DNA of 64,000 nucleotides. Origin: Candidatus Latescibacterota bacterium (GTDB lineage: Bacteria > Latescibacterota > UBA2968 > UBA8231). Positions 1 to 10,369 of the stretch are shown here, in pieces. Each line of letters begins with the position of its first letter. Position 1 is the first letter of the stretch. The stretch covers positions 128,001 to 192,000 of the forward strand of contig CBDCXV010000002.1 in NCBI GenBank assembly GCA_965223905.1. Reading direction: 5' to 3'. Made by a program: the position numbers and the translations under genes. Below the pieces are notes generated by a model. It was not told where the DNA came from. It did not search any database and saw only the letters and a list, made by a program, of their open reading frames with translations.

Positions 1-2
1 TT

Positions 3-3000
3 CAACGGGCCAACCTCGACGGCACGGAAATAGAGGACTTGGTGACCACCGGTTTGGGCACCCCCCGGGGCCTGGCCCTCGACGTTTCTGCGGGCAAGCT
101 CTACTGGGCCGACAGCAGCACCGACAAGATTCAGCGCGCCAACCTCGATGGCAGCGAAATCGAAGACTTGGTGACCGAGGGCTTGCTGAGTCCCCGGGGG
201 CTGGCCCTGGCCCGGACCGCGGCCGGCGACAACCAGGCCCCGGAACTGGAGCCGCTGGCGGACCGCACCGCTGCCACCGGCGACTCGCTCACCCTCGAGC
301 TTACGGGCAGCGACCCGGACGGCGACGCCCTGACCTACACGGCCTCCTCCGGCGACGAAGCGGTGGCCACGGCGGAAGCCGCCGATTCCCTGGTGACCCT
401 GCGTCTGCTGGCCGTCGGCGAGACCGCCATCACCGTGACCGCCCGCGACCCGGGGGGCCTGCAGGCGATCCGGACTTTCACCGTCACCGTGCAGGCCTCC
501 AACGAGCCCCCGCTCGCCGTGCCCTGGCTCTACTGGAGCGACGCGCGCACCGACCGCATCCAGCGCGCCGAGCTCGACGGCAGCGACCTCCGCACCCTGG
601 TCGACGGCCTCGGACAGCCCCGGGACCTCGCCCTCGACCGGGACGGCGGCCGCATGTACTGGACCGACAGCGGCGCCGACAAGATCCAGCGCGCCCACCT
701 CGACGGGTCGCGGGTCGAAGACTTGGTGACCGAGGGCTTGAAGGAGCCGTTCGGCCTCGCCCTCGATAAGGCCGGCGGCAAGATCTACTGGAGCGACTGG
801 GGCAGCGACAAGATCCAGCGGTCCAACCTCGACGGCTCCGAGGTGGAAGACCTGGTCGCTACCGGCCTGAACGAGCCCTACGGCTTGGCTCTCGACCTTT
901 CCGGCGGCAAGCTCTACTGGACGGACTGGGGCAGCGACCGCATCCAGCGGGCAAATCTCGACGGCTCCGGAGTCGAGGACCTGGTCACCGGGCTCAACCA
1001 GCCGCGGGGGATCGCCCTCGATTTGGGGGACGGCCGCATGTACTGGCCGGACTGGGGCACCGACAAGATCCAGCGCGCCCAGCTCGACGGCTCGGATGTG
1101 GAAGACCTGGTCACCGAGGGGCTGCAGACCTCCCAGGCGATCGCGCTGGATTTGGGCGGCGGCAAGATGTACTGGACCGACTACGGCACCGACAAGATCC
1201 AGCGGGCCAACCTCAACGGCTCCGAGGTGGAAGACCTGGTCACCTCCGGCCTGAAGGAGCCCTACGGCCTGACCCTGGGGGCCGGCCTTTCGGCGCAGGT
1301 CTTCAAGGTAGGGGGAGACTCGACGACCCTGAACCTGTCGGGCCGCTTCCGCGACCCGGAGGGGGGCGCCCTGACCCTCACGGTGTCTTCCAGCAACGAG
1401 GCGGTCGCCACCGCGACCCTGACCGATTCGGTGTTGACCATCGCTCCGGTAACCCCCGGCCAGGTGACGGTCTCGGTGACCGCCCGCGACGAAGGAGGCC
1501 GGGCTACGACCCTGCCGGTCCCGGTGACCGTGTACCCGACCAACCGTTCCCCCGTGGCCCAGACTGTGGACGACCGCAAGGTCCGCATCGACCGGCCGGC
1601 CCGGGTGGAGCTGTCGACCGCCTTCACCGACCCGGACGAAGGAGACGTGCTGACCTACGCGGCCACCTCGAGCAACGAGGCGGTGGCCACGGCAGCGGTC
1701 GAGGGGTCCGGGGTGGACATCGCTCCCAAGAGCCTCGGGCAGACGACCATTGCGGTGACCGCCCGCGACCCCGAAGGCCTGGAGGCGTCGCTGAGCTTCG
1801 GAGTCACCGTCGAGCCCAAGCCGCCGCCCAGGCCTCCCCGGCCCCCGCCCGGCTCGAGTGATAATGGCGGCGGCGGCGGTCCGGTAACCCCCCCGCCCCC
1901 GCCACCGCCTCCGCGGCCGCCCCCAGGTCCGAACAACGCCCCCACCTTCGACGAGGGCCCGGCCGCCACCCGCAGCGTCGCCGAAAACACCGGGGCGAAC
2001 CGGAACATCCAGCACCCGGTCCGCGCCACCGACGACGACGGACACCGCCTGACCTACCGCCTCTCCGGCACCGACGAGGCCCGCTTCGCCGTCGTCTCCG
2101 GCAGCGGGCAGCTGCGCACCCGGTCCGGGGTCGCCTATGACTTCGAGACGACTAACCGCTACAAGGTGACGTTGGAAGCCGACGACCCCTACGGCGGCAC
2201 CGATGCCATCGACGTGACCGTGCACGTGGCCGACGTCGACGAACCTCCCCAGGCCCCGGGCAGGCCTCAGGTCGACCCGGCTTCATCCACCAGCCTGACG
2301 GTAACCTGGACGGAGCCCGTCAACACCGGCCCCGATGTCCACGACTACGACGTGCAGTACCGCAAGAGCGGCAGCTTCCTCCCCTGGCCGCACACCGGCC
2401 CCGGCACCGCCGCCACGATCCCGGACCTGGACGTCAACACCCGTTACGAGGTGCAGGTGCGGGCGCACAACGACGAAGGCGAGAGCTCCTGGTCCGCCTC
2501 CGGCTTCGGGACCACCAGCGCCAACCAGCGGCCGGTATTCGACGAATCCGCTCCGACGCGCAGCCTCGACGAGAACACCACCGGAACACAAGACATCGGC
2601 GCCCCGGTGAGGGCGACCGATTCGGAGAACACGGCGCTGACCTACCGCCTCTCCGGAGGGGACGCGAGCTCCTTCACCCTCGACGAGACCAACGGCCAGC
2701 TGCGCACCCGCCCCGGCGTCGCCTACGACTTCGAGACGCAGAGCCGCTACTCGGTTACGGTGGAGGCAACCGACGAGCCGGGCGGCGGAACGACCGTCAC
2801 CGTGACCATCGAACTGATCGACGACGACAACGAGCGGCCGGACCGGCCCGACCGGCCCACGGTGACAGCCTCGACGCTGAACAGTCTATCCATTCGCTGG
2901 ACCGCCCCGGCCAACACCGGTCCCGACATCCACGACTACGACGTGCAGTACAGCGAAGACGGCGGCACCTTCGGCGACTGGCCGCACACCGGACCGGGCA

Positions 3001-6000
3001 CGAGCACGACGATCACCAGCCTGACCGCGGACACGCGCTACCAGGTGCAGGTGCTCGCGCGTAGCCCGGAAGGCGAGAGCCTCCGGTCCGAGTCGGTGGA
3101 GGCGAGGACCGTCGCCAACCAGGCGCCCACGTTCAGCGAAGGATCGCGCACCTCGCGCAGTCTGGACGAGAACACCGCCGGGACGAACGACATCGGCAAC
3201 CCGGTGACCGCCACCGACAACGACGGAGGGACGCTGGACTACCGGCTCGCCGGCACCGACGCGGCCAGCTTCGACCTCGACGCGAACGACGGACAGCTCG
3301 AGACCCGGTCCGGCGAGACCTACGACTACGAGGAGAAGGCCAGCTACGAGGTGACGGTGCGCGTCGAGGACGGCCAGGGCGGCAGCAACACCATCGAGGT
3401 GACAATTAACCTGAGAGACGAAACCGAACCGCCCGAGGACCCGGCAGCACCCAGCGTCTCGGCGGCCTCCTCTACCAGTTTGACGGTGACCTGGGCGGAG
3501 CCGGCCACCACCGGCCCCGACATCGACGACTACGACATCCAATACCGCGAAGGGGACAGCGGCAGCTTCACCTCCTGGTCCCACAACAGCGCGGAACGCA
3601 CCGCGACCATCACCAACCTGACCCCGGGCACGAGCTACCAGGTGCAGGTGCTCGCGCGCAACGACGAAGGAGCCAGCGACTGGTCCTCCTCCGGCACGGG
3701 AAGCACCGACCCCAATCAGCTGCCGGTGTTCACCGACGGGTCGAGCGCCACCCGCCGCCTCGACGAGAACACCACCGGCGTTGAGGACGTCGGCGATCCG
3801 GTCGGCGCTACCGACCCGGAGAACACTCCCCTGACCTACAGCCTCGGAGGCACGGATGCGGACGCCTTCGCCATCGACACGCGCAGCGGCCAGCTCCGCA
3901 CCGACCGCGACGAGACCTGGGACTACGAAACCAAGTCCAGCTATTCGGTGTCGGTGAAAGCCGAGGACGGCCACGGCGGCGAGCGCACCATCCCCGTGTT
4001 CATCGACCTGAACGACCTCAACGAGGCTCCGGAGTTCATCAGCGACGCGGCCTTCGAGGCCGCGGAGAACCAGACCTTTGCCGGCCTGGTGACCGCTCAG
4101 GACCTCGATAGCGGCGACCAGATCACAGACTACACCCCCACCGGCGGCGCCGACCGCGACCGGTTCGAGATCAACAGCGGGGGCGTGCTGATCTTCAAGG
4201 ATACCCCCGACTTCGAGAACCCCTCGGACGCGGGAAGGAACAACCAGTACAGCGTGGTGGTCACAGCCACCGGCGGCACCGGAGGGCGCGCACTGACCGC
4301 GGAACAAGCGATCACCGTCACCGTCACCGACGAGAACGAAGAGCCCGCCTTCACCAGCGACGATGCCTTCATGGTCCATGAAAACGAGCGGTTCGTCGGC
4401 CGGGTGACCGCCCAGGATGTCGACAGGGACGATGGCATCACCGGCTACGAGGTCGCCGGAGGGGCCGACGGGAGCCGGTTCGAGATCGCCAACACCAACG
4501 AGCTGCGCTTCAAGGAGAGTCCCGACGAGAAGCCCGACTTCGAGCGGCCATCGGATTCAGGGGGTGACAACGAATACAACGTGCTGGTAGAAGCCGGCGG
4601 CGGCACGGACACCCGAAAGCTGACGGCAACGCAAGCCGTCACCGTCACCGTGGAAGATGTGGATGAGCCGCCGGGCAAACCCGATCCGCCCACCGTGAGC
4701 GACGAGACCGAGAGCAGCCTGAGGGTGAGCTGGACCGAGCCGGCCAACACCGGCCCCGTCATCACCAACTACCACGTGCAGTACCGCCACACCGGCGCCT
4801 ACATCGCCTGGTCCGACAGCGGCGCGGCCCCGAGCCGCACGATCACCGGCCTGCGCTCGGGACGGACCTACCAGGTCCAGGTGCAGGCCAAAAACGACGA
4901 GGGGGAAGGACCGTGGTCCAATCCGGGCAGCGGGACCACCCTCACGGCCCCGACGGTTTCCAGCGTCGCCTTCACCTCGACGCCTGCCTCGGGGCAGAAC
5001 AACAACTACAAGAAGGACGACGTGATCGGCGTGACCGCGACCTTCAGCGAGGCGGTGACGGTCACCGGAACGCCGCAGATCGACCTGACCATCGGTTCCA
5101 CCGAACGCCAGGCCGACTACGAAAGCGGCTCTACAACGACCCAGCTCCTGTTCCAGTACGAGGTGCAGGCCAGCGACGAGGACGATAACGGCGCTTCCAT
5201 CAACGAAAATGGGCTCAAGCTCAACAACGGCCGCATCTTCCTGCTCAAGAACAGCACCACCGTCAACGCGGATCTGGCGCACGGGGGGCGCACCAATCAG
5301 TCCGCACACAAGGTCGACGGCGTCGCTCCGACCCTCACCAAAGCGGAGGTCAAGAGCGAGGAGCTGACCCTGGCGTACGTCGAGAGACTCGACGTCGCTT
5401 CGAAGCCGGCAACCGGGGACTTCGCCGTGACCGTCGACGGCGAGGCGCGAAGCGTCACCGCGGTAACGATGCACACCAGCGAAGTGGCCCTCACCCTCGC
5501 CTCGGAGGTGACGCCGGGCGAGACAGTGACGGTCACCTACACGCCGGGGACCAACCCGATCCGCGACCTGGCGCAGAACCCCGCCGGCGTCCTGAGCAAC
5601 CTGACGGCGGCGAACCGGACTCCGATCGGCAATGTCTGCAGCCGCACCGCGCAGGTGCGCAACGAGATCGTCAGGCAGGCTCCCGTAAGCACCTGCGGTG
5701 CCGTGACAGCGGAACACCTGGCGGAAATCGAGTACCTCTTCCTGTACGGCGAGAACATCTCGACACTGAAAGCCGGCGACTTCGCCGGGCTGACGGCCCT
5801 GGAACTCCTCGACCTGGGGAGCAACAGCATCAGCTCGCTGCCGGCCACCCTGTTCTCCGGGTTGTCGGCGCTGATCGCCCTCGACCTGTCCGACAACTCC
5901 TTCACCGCCCTGCAGGCCAACCGTTTCTTGGGGTTGACCGCCCTCGAAGACCTCTACCTGGACGGCAACGACCTCGCCAGCCTCGACGCCAACGCCTTCT

Positions 6001-9000
6001 CCGGGCTGACGGCGCTGATTGTCCTCGACCTGTCCGGGAACTCGTTGACCACGCTGTCGGCCAACCTCTTTTCCGGCTTGTCGGCACTGGAAGACCTCTA
6101 CCTGTTCGAAAACGAGCTCGGCAGCCTCGGAGCGAACCTGTTCTCCGGACTGACGGCGCTGACGGATCTCCTGCTGGCCGGCAACGACCTCGGCAGCCTC
6201 GACGCCAGCCTGTTCTCCGGGCTGACCTCGCTGGCCAGTCTCGACCTCTCCGATGCCGGAGTCACCATCCTGCCGGCGAACGGCTTCTCCGCATTGTCGG
6301 CGCTGGAAACACTCCACCTGGATTTCAACGATCTCGGCAGCCTCGACGCCAGCGCCTTCTCCGGGTTGTCGGCGCTCGAACGCCTCGACCTGACCAAGGC
6401 CGGAATCACCGGCCTGCCGGCCACGGTCTTCTCGGGCTTGTCGGCGCTGGAAGTAGCCCACCTGGACAGCAACGACCTCGGCGGCCTCGACGCCAGCCTG
6501 TTCTCCGGGCTGACCTCGCTGAGAGGACTCGACCTTTCCGATTCAGAGATCACCTCCGTTCCCAGCAACCTCTTTTCCGGGCTGACCGTGCTCGAGGTGC
6601 TCGACCTGGGCTACAACAAACTCAGCAGCGTGGACGCGAACCTCCTCTCCGCTCCGACGGAGTTGACCGTGTTCTCCCTGAGCGGCAACGACCTCACCAC
6701 GTTGCCGGCGACGCTCTTTTCCGGATTGACGGAACTGCGATGGCTGTATCTGAGGGAAAACCAGCTATCTACACTTCCGGACGGCCTCTTTTCCGGGCTG
6801 ACCGCGCTCACCAGACTCCGGCTCGAGGGCAACACGGTCGACCCCCTGCCCGTAAACGTCTCCCTGGAAGGGGTCGGGTCCCTGTTCCGGGCCGAGGCGC
6901 ACACCGCCGCCCCCTTCGAGCTGGTCCTGCCGCTGCGGCTGGCCAACGGCGAAATCGACAGCGGCGAAGAGAGCATCACAGTTCCCCAGGGCAGCATCCA
7001 AAGCGGGTTCCTCTTTGTATCCCGCACGGCCGGCACCAGCGCCGCCGTCACCGTCGATCTCGGCGTTCTGCCGGTACTGCCGGCGAGCGACAGGGGCTAC
7101 GTCTTCGTCCGATCCGGCGACCTGCCGGTGGAGGTGATCGCCGCCGAACAGGGGGTGGAGATCTATCCGGCGGAGCTGACCATGCCCGAGGACGACAGCG
7201 ACACCTACACGGTGGTGCTGACCTCGCGGCCGACCGCTGACGTGACGGTTTCGGTGACCGTTCCGTCGGGTGCGGATGTCACGGTGAACCCCTCTCCGCT
7301 CACCTTCACCGCCGACGACTGGGATACGCCGCAAACCGTGACGGTGACCTCCAGCGCCGACACCGACAGCGAGGACGACGAGGTCACCCTGAGTCACTCG
7401 GTAAGCGGCGGCTACCAGAGCGTGACCGTCGAGGACGTGGAGGTGAAGGTCACGGAGACGGACGTGACCACCAACAGCTCGCCGGTCTTCGCCACCACTT
7501 CCTTCGACGTGCAGGAGAACCAAACCCAGGTCGCCACGCTGGTCGCCACCGATGCCGACGCCAGGGACTACATCACCGGATACGAGATCACCGGCGGGAC
7601 CGATCAGGCCCTGTTCGAGATCACCAGCCGGGGCGAGTTGAGCTTCGCGGAACTGCCCGACTACGAACGTCCCGCCGCCAGGAACAACCTGTATGTGGTC
7701 AATGTCACCGCCACCAGCGGCATGGGCACCCGGGAACGGACCCGCGAGCAGCAGATTCTCGTTTCGGTGACCGACGTCGACGAGCCGCCGGGGCCGCCGG
7801 GGCCCCCCAGACTGGCACTCCCCTTCGTCTATTCCCGCATCATCGCGGTGACCCCGGGCAGGAGACCGCCGGCGAATACCGGACCGGACATCACCGCCTG
7901 GGAGATACAGTACCGCGTCAAGGACAGCGGCGACTTCGTCGGCTACACCCCGGACCCGGAGCCGGACTGGACGGAACCTGATTGGGTGGCGTTGATCAGA
8001 AACCTGAATCGAGCCACGACCTACGAGGTGCAGGTGGCGGCGAAGAACGACGAGGGGGCAGGCGAGTGGTCGCCCTCGGCGGAGATAGAGATCCCCAACC
8101 AGTCCCCGGTTGTCGAGGGCTCCATCGACGACGTGACGCTGCCTGTGGGAGGCGCGGTGGAGGTCGTGTCCGTGGATGAAGCCTTCGACGATCCCGACGA
8201 TCTGGTCCTGAATTTCACGGCGTCGTCGAACAACACTGCCGCCGCGCCCGTGCGGGTGAGCGGTGCCGAGGTCCTGGTCGATCCGCTGGCCGTCGGCACC
8301 GCGACCGTAACGGTAACGGCGAGCGATCCCTGGGGAGCGAGCGTCTCGACGACCTTCGGCGCCGACATCCGGACCCCGACCTTGTCGGCCCCCACCCTGA
8401 GCATCAGCGGCGACCTGTTCACACTGGAATTCAGCGATGACTTCACCGCCGACGAAACCCGGGCTTACGAGATCCGAATCCGGCAGAAGGAGCCCATTGG
8501 GAACTGGGCCACGGGGTGCTTTTCCGCAACCAACGACGAGAGTTCCCCCAAGACGGTAACGGTAACGGTGCAGGACCTGGTCTCCGATTTCTTCGAGCCC
8601 GGCAGCACCTACGAAGCCGACTACGGGTACCTCGGGGAGGATTGCACCGGCAGTCTGACGGGCGTGCGCTCGGCGGTCGCCGAGGCGACCGTGCCGGGGA
8701 CCCCCGAGTTCGACATCGAGCTCGTCTACGCCGGCGGCGCGCCGGCCCGCCGGGTCCAGTCGGCATTCGAGACCGCTGCCGCCCGCTGGGAACGGATCAT
8801 CGCCCAGGACATCCCCAACCACCGCTTGTCCGACAACCGGCGCAGCCTGTTGGAACGGCTCTATCCGGGGACCACCTCCCCCGAGGTCGTCGACGACCTG
8901 GTGGTCTACGTGGAAGTGGTCGAGATCGACGGGTTGAGCGGTACCCTCGGGCAGGCGGGACGGCTCGTCTGGCGAGTCCCGTCCTCGTTGCCGATCGCGG

Positions 9001-9602
9001 CCGGCATCGAGCTCGACCGGGACGACCTGCGTATCCTGACGGACCAGGAGTTGGGATCCCTCGTTCTGCACGAGCTCGGTCACACCCTGGGCTTCGGCCT
9101 CGGGTCGTGGGAAGACCACAATCTGCTGAAGAACCCGTCCCTCGACGTGAACGGCGATCCCATCGTCCCCGCCCCCGACACCTATTTCTCCGGTGCCAAT
9201 GCGATTGCCGCCTTCAATGCCGCGGGCGGGTCGAGCTACACCGGGGCCAAGGTGCCCGTGGAGAACACCTCCGGGGGATCGGGCAGCCAGGACAGCCACT
9301 GGCGGGAGTCCGTGCTGCAGCACGAGCTCATGACGCCCCGAATCGGGGAGGCCACTTCCCACCCGCTGAGCGCGATCACCATCCAGTCGCTGGCCGACAT
9401 CGGCTACGTCGTCGACGTCACCCAGGCCGACGCCTACACCCTGCCTTCCACGACCTCTTCCTCTACCCGCTTCGCCAGGGCGGCCGGTGAAGATCAGGAG
9501 TGGCTGGTCCTGCTCAACTGCGTCGTGACCCACCCCGAGGCCGGGCCCGACGAGCCCGAGTCCATCACCCTGAATCTGCGCAGGGCCGGCGAGACGGAAT
9601 GA
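3..9602 (+). CDS. Giant modular surface protein, 5'-truncated by window (YWTD propellers, Ig/cadherin-like, FN3, SwmB-like, LRR, C-terminal M8/leishmanolysin-like Zn protease); paralog A
   Basis: Frame is open from base 3 (QRANLDGTEIEDLV). Contains YW[TS]D repeats, cadherin-like DYE/DFE motifs, FN3 (YEVQVRA.N.EG), 24-aa LRRs at about 5730-6834, and HELGH at 9069 followed by SHWR and ELMT. Colinear with 51966-63929. Confidence 0.93.
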   Translation, partial: QRANLDGTEIEDLVTTGLGTPRGLALDVSAGKLYWADSSTDKIQRANLDGSEIEDLVTEGLLSPRGLALARTAAGDNQAPELEPLADRTAATGDSLTLELTGSDPDGDALTYTASSGDEAVATAEAADSLVTLRLLAVGETAITVTARDPGGLQAIRTFTVTVQASNEPPLAVPWLYWSDARTDRIQRAELDGSDLRTLVDGLGQPRDLALDRDGGRMYWTDSGADKIQRAHLDGSRVEDLVTEGLKEPFGLALDKAGGKIYWSDWGSDKIQRSNLDGSEVEDLVATGLNEPYGLALDLSGGKLYWTDWGSDRIQRANLDGSGVEDLVTGLNQPRGIALDLGDGRMYWPDWGTDKIQRAQLDGSDVEDLVTEGLQTSQAIALDLGGGKMYWTDYGTDKIQRANLNGSEVEDLVTSGLKEPYGLTLGAGLSAQVFKVGGDSTTLNLSGRFRDPEGGALTLTVSSSNEAVATATLTDSVLTIAPVTPGQVTVSVTARDEGGRATTLPVPVTVYPTNRSPVAQTVDDRKVRIDRPARVELSTAFTDPDEGDVLTYAATSSNEAVATAAVEGSGVDIAPKSLGQTTIAVTARDPEGLEASLSFGVTVEPKPPPRPPRPPPGSSDNGGGGGPVTPPPPPPPPRPPPGPNNAPTFDEGPAATRSVAENTGANRNIQHPVRATDDDGHRLTYRLSGTDEARFAVVSGSGQLRTRSGVAYDFETTNRYKVTLEADDPYGGTDAIDVTVHVADVDEPPQAPGRPQVDPASSTSLTVTWTEPVNTGPDVHDYDVQYRKSGSFLPWPHTGPGTAATIPDLDVNTRYEVQVRAHNDEGESSWSASGFGTTSANQRPVFDESAPTRSLDENTTGTQDIGAPVRATDSENTALTYRLSGGDASSFTLDETNGQLRTRPGVAYDFETQSRYSVTVEATDEPGGGTTVTVTIELIDDDNERPDRPDRPTVTASTLNSLSIRWTAPANTGPDIHDYDVQYSEDGGTFGDWPHTGPGTSTTITSLTADTRYQVQVLARSPEGESLRSESVEARTVANQAPTFSEGSRTSRSLDENTAGTNDIGNPVTATDNDGGTLDYRLAGTDAASFDLDANDGQLETRSGETYDYEEKASYEVTVRVEDGQGGSNTIEVTINLRDETEPPEDPAAPSVSAASSTSLTVTWAEPATTGPDIDDYDIQYREGDSGSFTSWSHNSAERTATITNLTPGTSYQVQVLARNDEGASDWSSSGTGSTDPNQLPVFTDGSSATRRLDENTTGVEDVGDPVGATDPENTPLTYSLGGTDADAFAIDTRSGQLRTDRDETWDYETKSSYSVSVKAEDGHGGERTIPVFIDLNDLNEAPEFISDAAFEAAENQTFAGLVTAQDLDSGDQITDYTPTGGADRDRFEINSGGVLIFKDTPDFENPSDAGRNNQYSVVVTATGGTGGRALTAEQAITVTVTDENEEPAFTSDDAFMVHENERFVGRVTAQDVDRDDGITGYEVAGGADGSRFEIANTNELRFKESPDEKPDFERPSDSGGDNEYNVLVEAGGGTDTRKLTATQAVTVTVEDVDEPPGKPDPPTVSDETESSLRVSWTEPANTGPVITNYHVQYRHTGAYIAWSDSGAAPSRTITGLRSGRTYQVQVQAKNDEGEGPWSNPGSGTTLTAPTVSSVAFTSTPASGQNNNYKKDDVIGVTATFSEAVTVTGTPQIDLTIGSTERQADYESGSTTTQLLFQYEVQASDEDDNGASINENGLKLNNGRIFLLKNSTTVNADLAHGGRTNQSAHKVDGVAPTLTKAEVKSEELTLAYVERLDVASKPATGDFAVTVDGEARSVTAVTMHTSEVALTLASEVTPGETVTVTYTPGTNPIRDLAQNPAGVLSNLTAANRTPIGNVCSRTAQVRNEIVRQAPVSTCGAVTAEHLAEIEYLFLYGENISTLKAGDFAGLTALELLDLGSNSISSLPATLFSGLSALIALDLSDNSFTALQANRFLGLTALEDLYLDGNDLASLDANAFSGLTALIVLDLSGNSLTTLSANLFSGLSALEDLYLFENELGSLGANLFSGLTALTDLLLAGNDLGSLDASLFSGLTSLASLDLSDAGVTILPANGFSALSALETLHLDFNDLGSLDASAFSGLSALERLDLTKAGITGLPATVFSGLSALEVAHLDSNDLGGLDASLFSGLTSLRGLDLSDSEITSVPSNLFSGLTVLEVLDLGYNKLSSVDANLLSAPTELTVFSLSGNDLTTLPATLFSGLTELRWLYLRENQLSTLPDGLFSGLTALTRLRLEGNTVDPLPVNVSLEGVGSLFRAEAHTAAPFELVLPLRLANGEIDSGEESITVPQGSIQSGFLFVSRTAGTSAAVTVDLGVLPVLPASDRGYVFVRSGDLPVEVIAAEQGVEIYPAELTMPEDDSDTYTVVLTSRPTADVTVSVTVPSGADVTVNPSPLTFTADDWDTPQTVTVTSSADTDSEDDEVTLSHSVSGGYQSVTVEDVEVKVTETDVTTNSSPVFATTSFDVQENQTQVATLVATDADARDYITGYEITGGTDQALFEITSRGELSFAELPDYERPAARNNLYVVNVTATSGMGTRERTREQQILVSVTDVDEPPGPPGPPRLALPFVYSRIIAVTPGRRPPANTGPDITAWEIQYRVKDSGDFVGYTPDPEPDWTEPDWVALIRNLNRATTYEVQVAAKNDEGAGEWSPSAEIEIPNQSPVVEGSIDDVTLPVGGAVEVVSVDEAFDDPDDLVLNFTASSNNTAAAPVRVSGAEVLVDPLAVGTATVTVTASDPWGASVSTTFGADIRTPTLSAPTLSISGDLFTLEFSDDFTADETRAYEIRIRQKEPIGNWATGCFSATNDESSPKTVTVTVQDLVSDFFEPGSTYEADYGYLGEDCTGSLTGVRSAVAEATVPGTPEFDIELVYAGGAPARRVQSAFETAAARWERIIAQDIPNHRLSDNRRSLLERLYPGTTSPEVVDDLVVYVEVVEIDGLSGTLGQAGRLVWRVPSSLPIAAGIELDRDDLRILTDQELGSLVLHELGHTLGFGLGSWEDHNLLKNPSLDVNGDPIVPAPDTYFSGANAIAAFNAAGGSSYTGAKVPVENTSGGSGSQDSHWRESVLQHELMTPRIGEATSHPLSAITIQSLADIGYVVDVTQADAYTLPSTTSSSTRFARAAGEDQEWLVLLNCVVTHPEAGPDEPESITLNLRRAGETE

Positions 9603-10228
9603 GCCGACAGCCTGCATACCTCGGGCCCCTCGTGGCGGTCTCCCTGGCCCTTGCGGCCGGCTCCCGGGCGGAAGAGCCGCCGCCGGAGGAGGGGGCCGGG
9701 CCGCAGCAGGAAGAGGGTCCCTTGCCCCAGCAACAAGCGTCCGTCTGCGAACCAGCTTCGGGCCCCCTGCCCGCCGGCGCGACCCTGGCGGGCAAGGCCG
9801 GCACCTACCGGCTGACCCTTGTGGAGGTCGTCGACAGCGTCGACGCCCGCCGTGTAAAGGGCGCGCTCACCCTGCGCCGGCAGCCGCCGGGGCTCGACTC
9901 GCTGGGCACGGCCTCGACGCCGCTGTACGGATTCACGGACCTCGACCTCCGGGCGGTGGGCGCGCACCGGGTCGGCGATCCGGCCGGCACCGACCCGCAG
10001 GCACCGGGCGTCCTCGTGCTCGAGAGCGGCCGCGGCGGCAAGCGCCGCATCCTGCTGCGCCTCGGCGCCGACGCCAACCGCCGGGATGCCGCCCTTTTCG
10101 ACGGGGCCTGGACGGTGCTGGAGGTGCGGGAGGTCTCGCCTGAAGGTTTCGCCGGCAACTGGCGCAGCGGGGTGCGACTGTCGCGAACCCAGGGCTACTT
10201 CTGCGCCAAAAGGGATTGCCCCCGCTGA
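9599..10228 (+). CDS. Hypothetical secreted protein (209 aa), translationally coupled to paralog A
   Basis: ATG at 9599 overlaps the paralog A stop (ATGA). Signal-peptide-like N-terminus (LVAVSLALAAGSRA), beta-rich body, Cys residues near both ends. Confidence 0.75.
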   Translation: MSRQPAYLGPLVAVSLALAAGSRAEEPPPEEGAGPQQEEGPLPQQQASVCEPASGPLPAGATLAGKAGTYRLTLVEVVDSVDARRVKGALTLRRQPPGLDSLGTASTPLYGFTDLDLRAVGAHRVGDPAGTDPQAPGVLVLESGRGGKRRILLRLGADANRRDAALFDGAWTVLEVREVSPEGFAGNWRSGVRLSRTQGYFCAKRDCPR

Positions 10229-10369
10229 AATCCAGGCGCACCATGCCGGCTCCGGTTTCTCCTGCGCAAAAGGGTTTGACCGGCTGCTTCCCGCAATGAC
10301 AGATCGCCGCCCCGAAGCTCCGAAACCCATCTTTTGCCACTGTGCAGACCGGGGCGCAGTGTTGAGAAA

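Noticed and set aside
5631-6834. Diversity-generating retroelement as the source of LRR variation
   Set aside because: No reverse transcriptase, and no template/variable repeat pair with adenine-specific mismatches seen in the window.
2886-9617. Long antisense ORFs (497, 634, 950 aa) and equivalents opposite paralogs B and C and coxL
   Set aside because: Shadow frames of high-GC coding sequence; no motifs, and they fully overlap well-supported genes.
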